A DNA stretch of 64,000 nt from Candidatus Latescibacterota bacterium (GCA_965248755.1 OZ252149.1:3424001-3488000); one strand, 5' to 3'. Positions 1 through 9,389 are shown, counted from the stretch's first letter. Notes: a model not told the origin generated them from the sequence alone. Numbers and translations: made by a program.

Positions 1-733
1 CGGCGTTAATCAGTTCGTTGATGCGCGACTGAGTCTTGGTCATAGTCTCCAGATCCTTGGCCTGGAAGGCGTTCCAAAGCTGGACGAAGAGTTGGGGCAT
101 CATATTGTACGTTGAGCCGATACCTCCGCAGGCGCCGGCCAGAAGTGCAGCCAGCAAAACAGTGTCTTCTCCCTCAAAGATAAGGGTCTCTCTTCCCTGG
201 GCTGAGAATAGACCCAGTGAATAGATATCGCCGCTGGAGTCCTTCATGCCGACAATGTTCTGCACCTTGAGCAGTCGGTCAAAGAGGTCTTGGGTCATGG
301 TGATGCCTGTGCGCTGGGGAATGTTGTAGATTAAAAGCGGGACGCCCGACGCCTCGGCTACGGCGGTGTAGTAGAGGACAAGGCCCAGCATGTCTGGCTT
401 ATAGAAGTAAGCTGGGGGCAAGGCAGCAATGGCGTCGGCGCCGACCTCACTGGCATGCCTGGTCAGAGATAGGGTGTCAGCCGTCTGGAAGGCGCCCACG
501 TGGGCGATGACACCCGCGTTGCCTTTCACTTCGTCCAGGACAGTTTCGAGAACCGCCCGGCGTTCTTCCTGGGTCAGCAATAGTCCTTCGCCTGTTCCTC
601 CACAGACGTAAAAGCCATCTACGCCAGCCTTGAGTTGATACTGTACGATCTTGCGCATCGCTTCGGAGTCATAGAGGCCTTTTATATCGAGTGGAGTCAC
701 GATTGCGGGGTAAATTCCTTTCAATTCTCTCAG
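1..733 (-). CDS. DHDPS/N-acetylneuraminate lyase (NanA/KDG aldolase-like) family protein, runs off the left edge
   Basis: Manual translation: LKGIYPAIVTPL...YVCGGTGEG...IYNIPQRTG...VGMKDSSG (Schiff-base Lys). AAAGGAG SD precedes CTG at 733 (alternative TTG at 724). Absent from the ORF track because it is truncated. Confidence 0.9.
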   Translation of the reverse strand, partial: MRELKGIYPAIVTPLDIKGLYDSEAMRKIVQYQLKAGVDGFYVCGGTGEGLLLTQEERRAVLETVLDEVKGNAGVIAHVGAFQTADTLSLTRHASEVGADAIAALPPAYFYKPDMLGLVLYYTAVAEASGVPLLIYNIPQRTGITMTQDLFDRLLKVQNIVGMKDSSGDIYSLGLFSAQGRETLIFEGEDTVLLAALLAGACGGIGSTYNMMPQLFVQLWNAFQAKDLETMTKTQSRINELINA

Positions 734-780
734 GGTCCTCTCCTTTCACATAAGAAGAAAAAGTGAATTAAATCGCTTGT

Positions 781-816
781 CCCCCCCGATTAAATCGGGG
801 GTTGAATCTATCGGGG
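781..816. repeat. Nested short palindrome of the CCCCGATTGAATCTATCGGGG family
   Basis: CCCCGATTAAATCGGGG lies inside CCC...TTGAATCTATCGGGG; relatives at 4151, 8833, 16525, 59465. Confidence 0.7.
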
Positions 817-832
817 AATTGACTTTTGCGGT

Positions 833-1693
833 TCAGAATTTAGGGTGATTGAGGGCCAGACCTTGTACGCCCGTGTTGTCCAGACGATGGATGCACAAAT
901 TGTCGAGCGAGGCGGCCAGCATGATGTCGCGGTTCGGGCCGGCAAAGGCGATGTCGGTCGGCCCGCGCAAGGCCTCGCCCATCCAGTCGTCGACGAACAA
1001 CTGGATCCGCCGGCTCTCCAGATCAAAGACGTAGATCGCATCCGGACGGTGGCAGGCGATCCACAGCCGGCCGTTTGTATCGAACGCTATTCCATCCGGT
1101 ATGTGCCGGGGCATGTGGACCATACGCTCAAAGGCACCGGCCGATCCATCAGGGTAGATGGTGATGCGGGCGATGGCACTGCCGAAGGTCTCCACAAAAT
1201 AGAGGTACAGCTCATCGGCGTCCAGAACGATGGCATTGGGGGTATCCACCGGTTCTGGGTACCAGAGCACTGCCTCGCCGCCGCCGGGTTTGATCTTGTA
1301 GATGTAGCCATTTATTTCACCGGACCAATCGCCGCTGTCGGAGAGGTACATATTACCCTGACGATCGAAGGCGGGGTAGTTGGTGCAGGCAAAGGGACTC
1401 CCATCTGGACCCGTGGCGTAGGTGCTGATCTGGCCCTGGGGGTTAATCTTCAACACCTTGCCAGGCACGCATTCGGCACAGTAGAGGTTGCCGTCTGCAT
1501 CCACGGCCTGACCGAGACAGCGGTTGTAAGTCCGGGCGAACTGCTCGGCTGTGTTGGTCTCCAAATCGACACGATATACCTGGCAGCCTGTTCCGGTGGT
1601 GTAGACTTCGCCTTTGGGGCCGACGGAGATGGACTCCGGATGGTCGACGCCGCTGATGTGGACGATCTTGTGCTTGTCGTAGGGTTCGATCAT
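833..1693 (-). CDS. SMP-30/gluconolactonase family beta-propeller
   Basis: HPES, TNYPAFDRQGNMYLSDSG, PNAIVL and PDGIAFDTNGRLWIA motifs. Confidence 0.9.
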   Translation of the reverse strand: MIEPYDKHKIVHISGVDHPESISVGPKGEVYTTGTGCQVYRVDLETNTAEQFARTYNRCLGQAVDADGNLYCAECVPGKVLKINPQGQISTYATGPDGSPFACTNYPAFDRQGNMYLSDSGDWSGEINGYIYKIKPGGGEAVLWYPEPVDTPNAIVLDADELYLYFVETFGSAIARITIYPDGSAGAFERMVHMPRHIPDGIAFDTNGRLWIACHRPDAIYVFDLESRRIQLFVDDWMGEALRGPTDIAFAGPNRDIMLAASLDNLCIHRLDNTGVQGLALNHPKF

Positions 1694-1695
1694 GG

Positions 1696-2742
1696 TCAGT
1701 TACCTTCCTCAAGCTCGGGGTAGAGGGGTAGGTCGATAGGCTGGCCGCCGGCCTCGGCCGAGCGGTAGGCTGCTTCCATCATCTCCACACAGCGCAGCCC
1801 CTCAACCCAGGTCAGGCAAGGTGGACGGTCCTCCTGCACCCAGCGCACGAAGTCGCTAGTCTCCAGCCGGTAGGCGTGGTCGAAGCCCAGATCAGCAAAG
1901 CGCTCGTGATTGACCTCTTCTTCGTCCAGACGCTGCCAGTAGAGATCGATACAGTCCAGGCGGGGCACCATCTTGAAGCCGCCGTGCCGACATTCGGCCC
2001 AGGGGCCCTGAGATTCGCGGAACTTGTGCAACGGATAGGAGAGCCCGCCGTTGATGGTGGCCAGGGCTCCGGACTCGAACCGAAACGTGGCGTGTAGGAT
2101 GTCCGGGAATCTGTATCGTTCGTCGTGTTGCGGCCCGTACATGGCCGTCACCCTGACGGCATCCCCGCACATCGCGCGGAACCAGTCGATAACGTGCACG
2201 CCGTGCATGTGAAAGAAACCGCCTGAGAGTTGGGGATTGCCCCACCACGTGTCAAAGAAATCGTACGGACGGTTATCAACGTACTCCGTGACCGTAACAG
2301 CCAGGACGTCGCCCAGCAAAGCCTCGTTGGTCAGATCGATCATGCGAGCCCAGGGTGGACGCAGCCGGCGTTTGTGGCCGATCATCAGCTTGACGTTGTT
2401 CTCCTTTATGGCCCGGACCATCTCCCAGCACTCGGAAACTGTGCGGGCCATGGCCTTCTCACAGAACACGTGCAGACCCGCTCGGGCTGCAGCGACGGTG
2501 ACTGCTGCATGCGCGACGTTGGAAGTGGTGACCGCTACGGCGTCCAACTCGCCTTTTGCGAACATTTCCTGGCAATCAGTAAAGTGCGGCACATCCAGAT
2601 GCAGCGCTTTGGCCGTCTCCGCGATGCCGGATCTATTCACATCGCACAGCGCGGTGATGTCGGCCGCCTCCAGGAAATAGTTAGCAAGATACTTGCCGAA
2701 ATCACCGCATCCAATAAGTCCCAGACGGAGTTTCTGACTCAT
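1696..2742 (-). CDS. Gfo/Idh/MocA family oxidoreductase
   Basis: GLIGCGDFG Rossmann motif, HVFCEKAMA, GVHVID. ATG at 2742 follows an AAGGA SD (ORF track starts at 2751). Confidence 0.9.
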   Translation of the reverse strand: MSQKLRLGLIGCGDFGKYLANYFLEAADITALCDVNRSGIAETAKALHLDVPHFTDCQEMFAKGELDAVAVTTSNVAHAAVTVAAARAGLHVFCEKAMARTVSECWEMVRAIKENNVKLMIGHKRRLRPPWARMIDLTNEALLGDVLAVTVTEYVDNRPYDFFDTWWGNPQLSGGFFHMHGVHVIDWFRAMCGDAVRVTAMYGPQHDERYRFPDILHATFRFESGALATINGGLSYPLHKFRESQGPWAECRHGGFKMVPRLDCIDLYWQRLDEEEVNHERFADLGFDHAYRLETSDFVRWVQEDRPPCLTWVEGLRCVEMMEAAYRSAEAGGQPIDLPLYPELEEGN

Positions 2743-2987
2743 GGACAGCATCCTTTCGCGTGTTCTACTGCAGCAGCACTCTGTCTGGGCTCACATCAAG
2801 GTGTCAGTTCTGGCCCTAGATTTACACTTCATGGATTTACTCTTTAACAAGGTGATCCTTTGATCATAATACTACCGCAGACTAAATCCTTTGTCGTACT
2901 CACATAAGAATGTAGCTGATACGGTTAGCACAAGGGCAGTGCAATGAGTGAATAAACCAAAATATAGGAATTTCAGATGAATCTTAC

Positions 2988-3037
2988 AGTTGATGATGGG
3001 AATCACCTGCACGTCAGGTTCATTGATCTGTTAGGAA
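2988..3037 (-). other. Degenerate integron attC-like site after the dioxygenase stop
   Basis: Minus strand: TTCCTAAC-AGATC-AATGAACCTGAC-GT-GCAGGTGATT. R''-like box plus paired L''/L' arms with bulged bases; R' is degenerate. Confidence 0.45.
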
Positions 3038-3040
3038 ACT

Positions 3041-3799
3041 TTACACATCTAAGATGAATCGCGCTGAGTCGCTCAAGCGCTCGTACGTCTGTGGAAGAAT
3101 ATATTTCCTTTGATCGGTCTGTTGAGGCTGGTTCCGGCGGCAAAAATAGGCGTGCATGGCGCGACGAGGCGCATCACTTTCATTTTGTGCTCCGCCGTGC
3201 CAGGTGTGTGAATTAAAGATTACAACAGTACCTGCTGGCGCAATCAATTGGATCTCATCCGGATGAGTGTTCATCGGATCGTCCATTGCATCAATCGGTA
3301 GTTTGCCGCTGCGGTGTGATCCTGGTACTATGCGAGTTGCTCCATTGTCCGAGTTGAAATCATCCAGTAGCCAGATCGAATTGCATACATAATAATCACC
3401 AGGAGATGCGGCCTTCTTCCCATCGACATGCAGTGTCTGCCTGCCATATCCAGGCACTGCAAAACGACTATTTAATGACGAAAGTTTAAAGTGTGTTCCC
3501 AAGACATGTGCGATTGCGGCAAGTACTTGTGAATGAGTAAAGCTTATGTCGAACATCGGATCCTTGTTCACCAGATCGCTCAGCCTGACCGTTCCGGTTT
3601 CTTGTTGAACTTCTTTGCCCGCCTCGTCTCCTTCGAGTTCTGCTAATTCGTCCAGACGCAAAGCGATTGCCTTAACTTGCTCCTCGGTAAGAATTCCTGA
3701 AAGGGGTAGATAACCGTTTTCGTCCAGGAAGGATTTCTGCTCGAAAGATAATTTATCTTCGCTGACACCTAATTCGTAAAGTGCTTCTTCCATGTTCAT
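3041..3799 (-). CDS. Phytanoyl-CoA dioxygenase (PhyH) family Fe(II)/2OG oxygenase
   Basis: LHVD (HxD), NGATRIVPGSH, TWHGG, PRRA motifs. Confidence 0.9.
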   Translation of the reverse strand: MNMEEALYELGVSEDKLSFEQKSFLDENGYLPLSGILTEEQVKAIALRLDELAELEGDEAGKEVQQETGTVRLSDLVNKDPMFDISFTHSQVLAAIAHVLGTHFKLSSLNSRFAVPGYGRQTLHVDGKKAASPGDYYVCNSIWLLDDFNSDNGATRIVPGSHRSGKLPIDAMDDPMNTHPDEIQLIAPAGTVVIFNSHTWHGGAQNESDAPRRAMHAYFCRRNQPQQTDQRKYILPQTYERLSDSARFILDV

Positions 3800-4136
3800 T
3801 ATTATGACTCCCGTGCAATTTCATCAGCGGTAATTGATACTTATAGCTGAAGTCCAATTGCAGAATCCGATTTCAATTTAAATATAGTTCTTTGCCCTCT
3901 AAAAGGCAATCACATTATCAGACTCGACGGCTATCCAGTTCTCTTCAGAAACATCGTTAGAGCAGAAGTGAAGTGACGCATCGAGACCAGGCAGGACACC
4001 TGATTATCCCAATTGTCTTGATTTCAATACAATTACCAACAGTACCTTGACAAGCTCTGAATGGCGTTCAACGCAACTCAACGCAACCCCAGACTGAGAA
4101 CTTAATATAGGATCATAATAATCTGGACAGATTACC

Positions 4137-4277
4137 AGATTGCTTCGCTTCCCCGACCCCCAATTGAATCTATTGGGGCTTCAATCGGGGACTCGGAATG
4201 ACGCTTGATCTGTATCTTTCAACTACTTGGCTTGGATCCTGGGTCATTGCTAGAGGCGTTGGCCCCGAAGCAATTTC
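4137..4277. repeat. Inverted pair of REP-like elements (REPIN-like) with nested palindromes
   Basis: AGATTGCTTCGC...GGAATGAC (4137-4202) and GTCATTGC...CGAAGCAATTTC (4243-4277), 40 bp apart. Confidence 0.6.
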
Positions 4278-4353
4278 ACATATCTTCCGACTTAACATAT
4301 CCGACAACTCTTGTCAAGCTACTCAAATGATCCTGTATCTTCCCTGATTCCTA

Positions 4354-4382
4354 TTGACATCGTCTATCTTCTTTTGTATTTT
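4354..4382 (+). promoter_or_regulatory. Putative sigma70 promoter
   Basis: TTGACA-N17-TATTTT. Confidence 0.4.
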
Positions 4383-4695
4383 CTCTCACATTAGATCTGC
4401 GCACGGGATCCTATTTGCCATAAGTAATGACAACGGACGAGGGTCTTTGTGGAGAACACATCGCTGTGGATGAGCAATCGTAATTTTAGACGTCATTTCT
4501 GGAGACCAAACTTTAGGAGCCATGGGTACCCGTGAGCTGGAAGGTGGAGATTCAACTTTAGCTATCAGAAGCAGAGCCAGATCGACGGCGTGTGGTAGGA
4601 GTGGGGAGAAGGGCCCAAGCGCCCAGGCCGAGTAAGATCATGCCCCTTTACTACGAACGCGGATACGAAGTGAACTACGTTACCGTCCCGACGAA

Positions 4696-5565
4696 GTGAA
4701 CGTCCAGGTACACGGAAACGGAGGTAAAGCCGTGCGAATTGATCCCATCGAAATGAGCATTCAAAGCATAGACCGTAACGAGCAAAGATCCTTCCCCATC
4801 GGCTCTGTCTCTGGGGCAAGATTTGCCTCCCGTGACGTCGCGGGCATGCGCAAACGACTGGACGAAACCCTCGAACAGGACGGAGAATTTACCGGTGCGA
4901 CCCGAACCAACCCATCCATTTTCCACATTGGGCGCTACCTTCTGACTCAGAGTTCAAAATTCGAAGTGCAGGGACCGCTGACCGGCGGTGAGGCAGAGGC
5001 AGTCGCTATCCGAGCAGGTGACGAGGTGTTTATCTCAGTCGGTAGCGATCAATGTGATCGTGAACTTGGCTCTCTGTTCCCCGACAAGCCCAAGCAGATG
5101 TGCCCTCACCCCATTGCTTCGATTGCCTGGCCGTACAGGGAGGTACGCGATCACTGGGACAGCCTTCGGATCTACAGCCACGTGGTGGCTGGCGGACACA
5201 CCGTACCGATCCAGGACAGTGCGCTGTCCGAGTTAGTCGATCTCGAATATCTGCTGGCGATGGATGCGGTCAGGACGCTGGCCGATCCGATGATTCTGTA
5301 TTGCGGGGCCGCGCCCTCACTGGAATCTGCTGCCCAAGCGGTAAAGCAGTATGGCTTGCCGGAGGAAACGGCTAAGGGAGTTGGTGAGGAATTCTTCGTC
5401 CGGTTGCATGACCCCGTACTCGATCGCATGATCGAACATCGATACAGCGCCATACCTCTCGATGATGACCTGGCCGAGCGACGTGACCTTCCTGGCGTTT
5501 CCAAAGACAGAAATGGCCCGATAAAACCGGTCGGAGATAACGATTTCTTGCAGAGAGAGGAGTGA
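4696..5565 (+). CDS. DUF2848-like protein (FAH-related fold)
   Basis: TGGEAEAV...VGSDQCDRE...KQMCPHPIA...VRDHWDSL pattern. Confidence 0.75.
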   Translation: MNVQVHGNGGKAVRIDPIEMSIQSIDRNEQRSFPIGSVSGARFASRDVAGMRKRLDETLEQDGEFTGATRTNPSIFHIGRYLLTQSSKFEVQGPLTGGEAEAVAIRAGDEVFISVGSDQCDRELGSLFPDKPKQMCPHPIASIAWPYREVRDHWDSLRIYSHVVAGGHTVPIQDSALSELVDLEYLLAMDAVRTLADPMILYCGAAPSLESAAQAVKQYGLPEETAKGVGEEFFVRLHDPVLDRMIEHRYSAIPLDDDLAERRDLPGVSKDRNGPIKPVGDNDFLQREE

Positions 5566-5569
5566 ACAA

Positions 5570-6841
5570 ATGGAACACAAAGACACGACAGATTCACCGA
5601 GCTTGTATGTGGCGCTTAGCCACGCCCCTCTGCGTGCCGCTGGAAATGATGTCGATCTCTCAATTTACCGGAGCGCCGGTGAGCTCAGCTATGGTAAGTT
5701 TAAGTACAAGGCTCCCGCCGAGGGTTTTGTTCAAGTTGGTCTCCCTCACTGGACAGAGACCGAATGGACCGACGACTTCGAGATTGCCTACACAAAAGTG
5801 GGGGACAAAGGCCCACTCGTGCTCTTCCTGCACGGTGTCCCCACCAACAGGGCACAATGGGAGGAGATCCAGAGACACGTGGGCAGATTCTGCGAAACCA
5901 TCGCCATCGACATGCTTGGAATGGGTGAGAGCACCCAACCTCGTCAGTACGGCAAGAAAACGGACAAGCGCGACAACGATCTGTGGTACTGGAAACACGA
6001 CGTAGAATATATCGAAAAGCTCATGCAACAAGAGTACCCTGGTCGCAAGTTTATCTTCGTCGCTGATGATTGGGGAAGTGGTATCAACTCTCAGTATGCG
6101 GCCAAGCACAACGACCGTCTGGAGGCTTTCGTTCAGCTGGATGCCATCGCGTTCGATGGATACCCGGTCAATGAGATCCAGGCCATTGGGCGCGCTTCAC
6201 AGATCCCGAACACACCGGAAGGCGACGAGATGTTTGCTGCGGCATTCGGTGCGTTCGATCAGACTCTCGTGCAGATCTACAAGACGATGGTTTATGATCC
6301 CACAGTCTACAACCAATACAACCTGCGATGGATCACATTCCCCTATGTGGACGTGGATTATGAAAGGAACCGCGCTGGTGATGGAGTCACGGATGTTGCG
6401 AAATCCACTACTCTCAGATTGAAGATGCACAACATCCGCGTGCTTGCCGATCGTGCTGCAATCCTCAGCCCAGCTCTACTTTTTCCCTATGACGCTGAAA
6501 AGAACCCAGAGGGTGTCAAATACGATAATATTACTGTACCTACACTCATTATGTGGGGAGAGTATGATAATATGATGCCTGCAGCTCAAACCCAACGATT
6601 TGCCAACGTTCTCGGTACAGACGACGTTCAATTAACGTTAGTGCCCCGTGCTGGCCATTTCGCCGGAACCGATCAACCCAAGTTCGTTGCAGATACCATC
6701 GTTAACTTTATCCGCCGTGTAGAGGGCCGCCAGGCCATGGTTGATATCAATCTTGGTAACGAAGGTATCTGGAAGGGAGATGAACGCCTCATGATGGAGG
6801 ATCTCCGAGAACTTTATGGGATTAAGGCTGAATCCCAATAA
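5570..6841 (+). CDS. Alpha/beta hydrolase, epoxide hydrolase/dehalogenase-like (Asp nucleophile)
   Basis: LFLHGVP, IDMLGMGES, ADDWGSG, MWGEYD, RAGHF. GAGGAG SD. Confidence 0.88.
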   Translation: MEHKDTTDSPSLYVALSHAPLRAAGNDVDLSIYRSAGELSYGKFKYKAPAEGFVQVGLPHWTETEWTDDFEIAYTKVGDKGPLVLFLHGVPTNRAQWEEIQRHVGRFCETIAIDMLGMGESTQPRQYGKKTDKRDNDLWYWKHDVEYIEKLMQQEYPGRKFIFVADDWGSGINSQYAAKHNDRLEAFVQLDAIAFDGYPVNEIQAIGRASQIPNTPEGDEMFAAAFGAFDQTLVQIYKTMVYDPTVYNQYNLRWITFPYVDVDYERNRAGDGVTDVAKSTTLRLKMHNIRVLADRAAILSPALLFPYDAEKNPEGVKYDNITVPTLIMWGEYDNMMPAAQTQRFANVLGTDDVQLTLVPRAGHFAGTDQPKFVADTIVNFIRRVEGRQAMVDINLGNEGIWKGDERLMMEDLRELYGIKAESQ

Positions 6842-6974
6842 TAAAGCTCATTGCAGCGGATAGTGGAGCCGATGGCGGGGACGAAAACAGGTTATGAAAG
6901 GACCGTTCGCCCCAGGGATCCTACGTGTGGTGAGACTGGTCATTCAGTAAACCATTCGATTGACTCGCGCATGG

Positions 6975-7160
6975 TCATGCCGCTAAATGCGTACATGATT
7001 TTGGCAGCTCATACCAAAAGGAATGGTTTTGGCACAGCGCAAGTTTGCCAGCCCGGCAGGTTAGAACGTGGAACTTGTACACTTTCCTTCTATCCCAAAT
7101 TTCCAGCGCTTCATAGTAAACCGTTAACTCGCTCTGTCCATCTGTGTTCTTCTCTTTCAT
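6975..7160 (-). CDS. Small hypothetical protein or gene remnant
   Basis: 61-aa ORF with an AAAGGAG SD; no recognisable motif. Confidence 0.3.
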   Translation of the reverse strand: MKEKNTDGQSELTVYYEALEIWDRRKVYKFHVLTCRAGKLALCQNHSFWYELPKSCTHLAA

Positions 7161-7339
7161 AGTTGGTCTACTCCTTTCACCCGACCCTCAGGCGGTGACA
7201 GAACAAATCTACTCGGCAATAGCAGGCGAGGATTACGTCTTCCATATTGAGGAGCTTATCCCACCGTAATACTCTATGACCAGGTGAAGCAATTGAGACT
7301 GTTTTGAGTGAGCAAGTAGGGTCCAGACTGGGATTTTAA

Positions 7340-7368
7340 AGGCCCCAGGCAAAGCGTGGGGCCTCTTT
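7340..7368. terminator. Intrinsic terminator hairpin, possibly bidirectional
   Basis: AGGCCCCA-9nt-TGGGGCCT with A/T runs on both sides, downstream of the YceI gene. Confidence 0.55.
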
Positions 7369-7494
7369 ACTATCCTACGGAAGCTGTGGACAACTATGCT
7401 AATGTGGTGGCCTTCAGGGGGCAGTGAAAGGGCGTGGATGATTTTCTGTGTGTTCCCTGGGGACGGGGAGAAGCCATATCTGATACTATTACTT

Positions 7495-8235
7495 TTACTC
7501 GCCGCAGGGATTGCAAGGATCCATATGTTCGCTGCAAGGGTCGCACGGATCCTTCTTTTTATTACAGGGGGCGCAAGGGTCCATGTGTTTGTCGCAAGGA
7601 GCAGCATCAGTGGCGAACACGTCGATGTCCACTTTGATGTTTTCATCTAACTTGAGGATTACCATCGTGGGAACTTTGATGTTATAGTCTGAAAGCTTTA
7701 TGATGAAAGAACCCTCGACTCGCATTAAATTCCCGGGGAGCTTTGCGCGCGTCGCTTCGCTCTCCTTGAAGTAGGTGACCTTTAAGTCCATCTGCTCTTT
7801 ACGCTTGACACCGTGGAGGTCAAATGTCCCCTCAGCTACAAGATCTATTGTCTCCCGATCCGCCAGAGCGTCCTTAGAGGATGAGATGATCTTGTCAAAT
7901 GTAAATACAGCCTTGGGAAATTTTTCTGTCTCAAGGTATTTATCCCGCATATGCTCGTCTCTCAGGTCTATTCCTGTCTTCATGCTTGCTAAATTGACCT
8001 CAAACTTGGCGGAAGTCCCATCCTTGATGTTGGTCGGATCGACTCTAATATCCCCCGTGATCTGATTGGTAATCCCGAGGATGGTCTCCAAAGGAGCGTG
8101 GGATTCGAATCTCATCACGTTCCGCCCTACCTTGTCCTGAGCGTAGAACGTGGTGGTACCAGCCAGAACTACTGAGGATAATATCAAATGTAGGACTGCG
8201 CTGAAGACGAGAGTCCTAAAGATAATTTTTCTCAT
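7495..8235 (-). CDS. Secreted YceI-family protein with a C-terminal Cys/His/Met repeat tail
   Basis: Signal peptide; TGIDLRDEHMR, GTFDLHGVKR, LSDYNI motifs; tail PCDKHMDPCAPCNKKKDPCDPCSEHMDPCNPCGE. AAGGAGG SD. Confidence 0.9.
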   Translation of the reverse strand: MRKIIFRTLVFSAVLHLILSSVVLAGTTTFYAQDKVGRNVMRFESHAPLETILGITNQITGDIRVDPTNIKDGTSAKFEVNLASMKTGIDLRDEHMRDKYLETEKFPKAVFTFDKIISSSKDALADRETIDLVAEGTFDLHGVKRKEQMDLKVTYFKESEATRAKLPGNLMRVEGSFIIKLSDYNIKVPTMVILKLDENIKVDIDVFATDAAPCDKHMDPCAPCNKKKDPCDPCSEHMDPCNPCGE

Positions 8236-8423
8236 ATTTACCTCCTTAAGAGAGTTAATGGTTTTTTACCTATCTTCTTATGGAATCAATATCTGTGGAC
8301 AAGAGAGAAAGACCGCCATTTCTAACGGGTTGTGTATTCGATGATCTGTGAATTTTTGAGAAAAGGGCTAAGGAGTCTATTTCATTGTGGCTTCCAAAAG
8401 GAACATGGTAATGGATCACTGTA

Positions 8424-8807
8424 TCAGAGTTTATCTTGTAACCCGTTTTCTTCCGTTTTTGCAAGAGATTTTATAATTTCTTCTTTCAGTTCAGTCAGGT
8501 TTGAGGATTTAACGATATAGGCGTCGGCCGACCAGCTCATAAAATTGTCCTTGTAGTTGGCATGGGCCGTATTGAGTATTACCGGTATTTTGTTATCCCG
8601 CGCGAGTATCCTCTCCATTGCTTCTATACCGTCTATTCGGGGCATAACTATGTCCAGGACCACAAGGTCTGGGCGGCTTTCCTGCACCTTATCTAGGGCT
8701 TCCTGTCCGCCTGATGCGAGGACTACGTTGTAGCCGTTATCTGTGAGCTCCTGTTCGTAGAGGAGCTTCTGATTTAGGTCGTCATCCACCACTAATATAG
8801 TCTTCAC
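8424..8807 (-). CDS. Single-domain response regulator
   Basis: ILVVDDD, LVVLDIVMP, LNTAH, YIVKS. GTG start with AAGGAGG SD. Confidence 0.9.
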   Translation of the reverse strand: MKTILVVDDDLNQKLLYEQELTDNGYNVVLASGGQEALDKVQESRPDLVVLDIVMPRIDGIEAMERILARDNKIPVILNTAHANYKDNFMSWSADAYIVKSSNLTELKEEIIKSLAKTEENGLQDKL

Positions 8808-8809
8808 TC

Positions 8810-9016
8810 TTAATCACCTCCTTCGGGTTGATCCCCGAAAGAATCCATCGGGGACTGATACCGCGATTCGGGGTTGATTGCGGGGAGAAGGATAGTCAGA
8901 GTCATCCTGATCTCCTCTGTGCAGAGGACATCTATCTTCTCCCCGTGATCATTTGTTTCCAAATTCTGTATTCTTTTGATCTTTTCGAAATCTGAGCATA
9001 CACCACCTTTTGTCAT
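8810..9016 (-). pseudogene. Remnant C-terminus of a histidine kinase ATPase domain
   Basis: NDHGEKIDVLCTEEIRMTLTILLP resembles the HGGxIxVxSxxGxGTTFxIxLP end of HATPase_c; directly upstream of the regulator. Confidence 0.5.
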
Positions 9017-9094
9017 TTTCTCTATCTCGTAAAGTTCTTGTTCAGGTTCGGTTTGAATCCGTCTGTTATAATTTCCATCTGTGATGATGTTAAC

Positions 9095-9111
9095 TGCAAA
9101 TAGGGTGCCAA
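9095..9111 (-). promoter_or_regulatory. sigma54 (-24/-12) promoter
   Basis: Minus strand TTGGCAC-CCTAT-TTGCA is an exact consensus match; AT-rich DNA upstream. Confidence 0.75.
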
Positions 9112-9389
9112 TAACTTTACGATTAAGAAGTAAAGTTGTGTCATTTACATAAGTGTTTGTAAAGACATGAACTTGAGGAGTATTATCTCACGATATAAAG
9201 ATAACGTAGAGTATGAATTTTGCGCAGAAGTTATAAAATGGAAATGATCAGACGTTTCAGTTTGAAATACAACAGGCACCGGGCAAGTTAGATCTTGAAG
9301 GCTGGGGAGCAAAATCGGCAGTGGGATATTGTGAGCGGTTATCCAGATAAATTCTCAGTCTCTTTTTGGTTATGCCGGTGTTGTTCAGG

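Noticed and set aside
845..2847. Long plus-strand ORFs (845-1723, 2230-2847) and similar antisense ORFs throughout the track
   Set aside because: They shadow well-supported genes on the opposite strand and have no motifs.
4067..4087. 10-bp tandem repeat TCAACGCAAC
   Set aside because: Two units only, with no integrase or tRNA nearby to give it meaning.
4550..4699. Coding-like fragment ending MPLYYERGYEVNYVTVPTK* and overlapping the DUF2848 start
   Set aside because: May be a gene remnant, but it is too short and broken to assign.
6833..6900. attC-like left arm (CATTGCAGCGGA) after the hydrolase stop
   Set aside because: No complementary arm or GTTRRRY box at the expected spacing.
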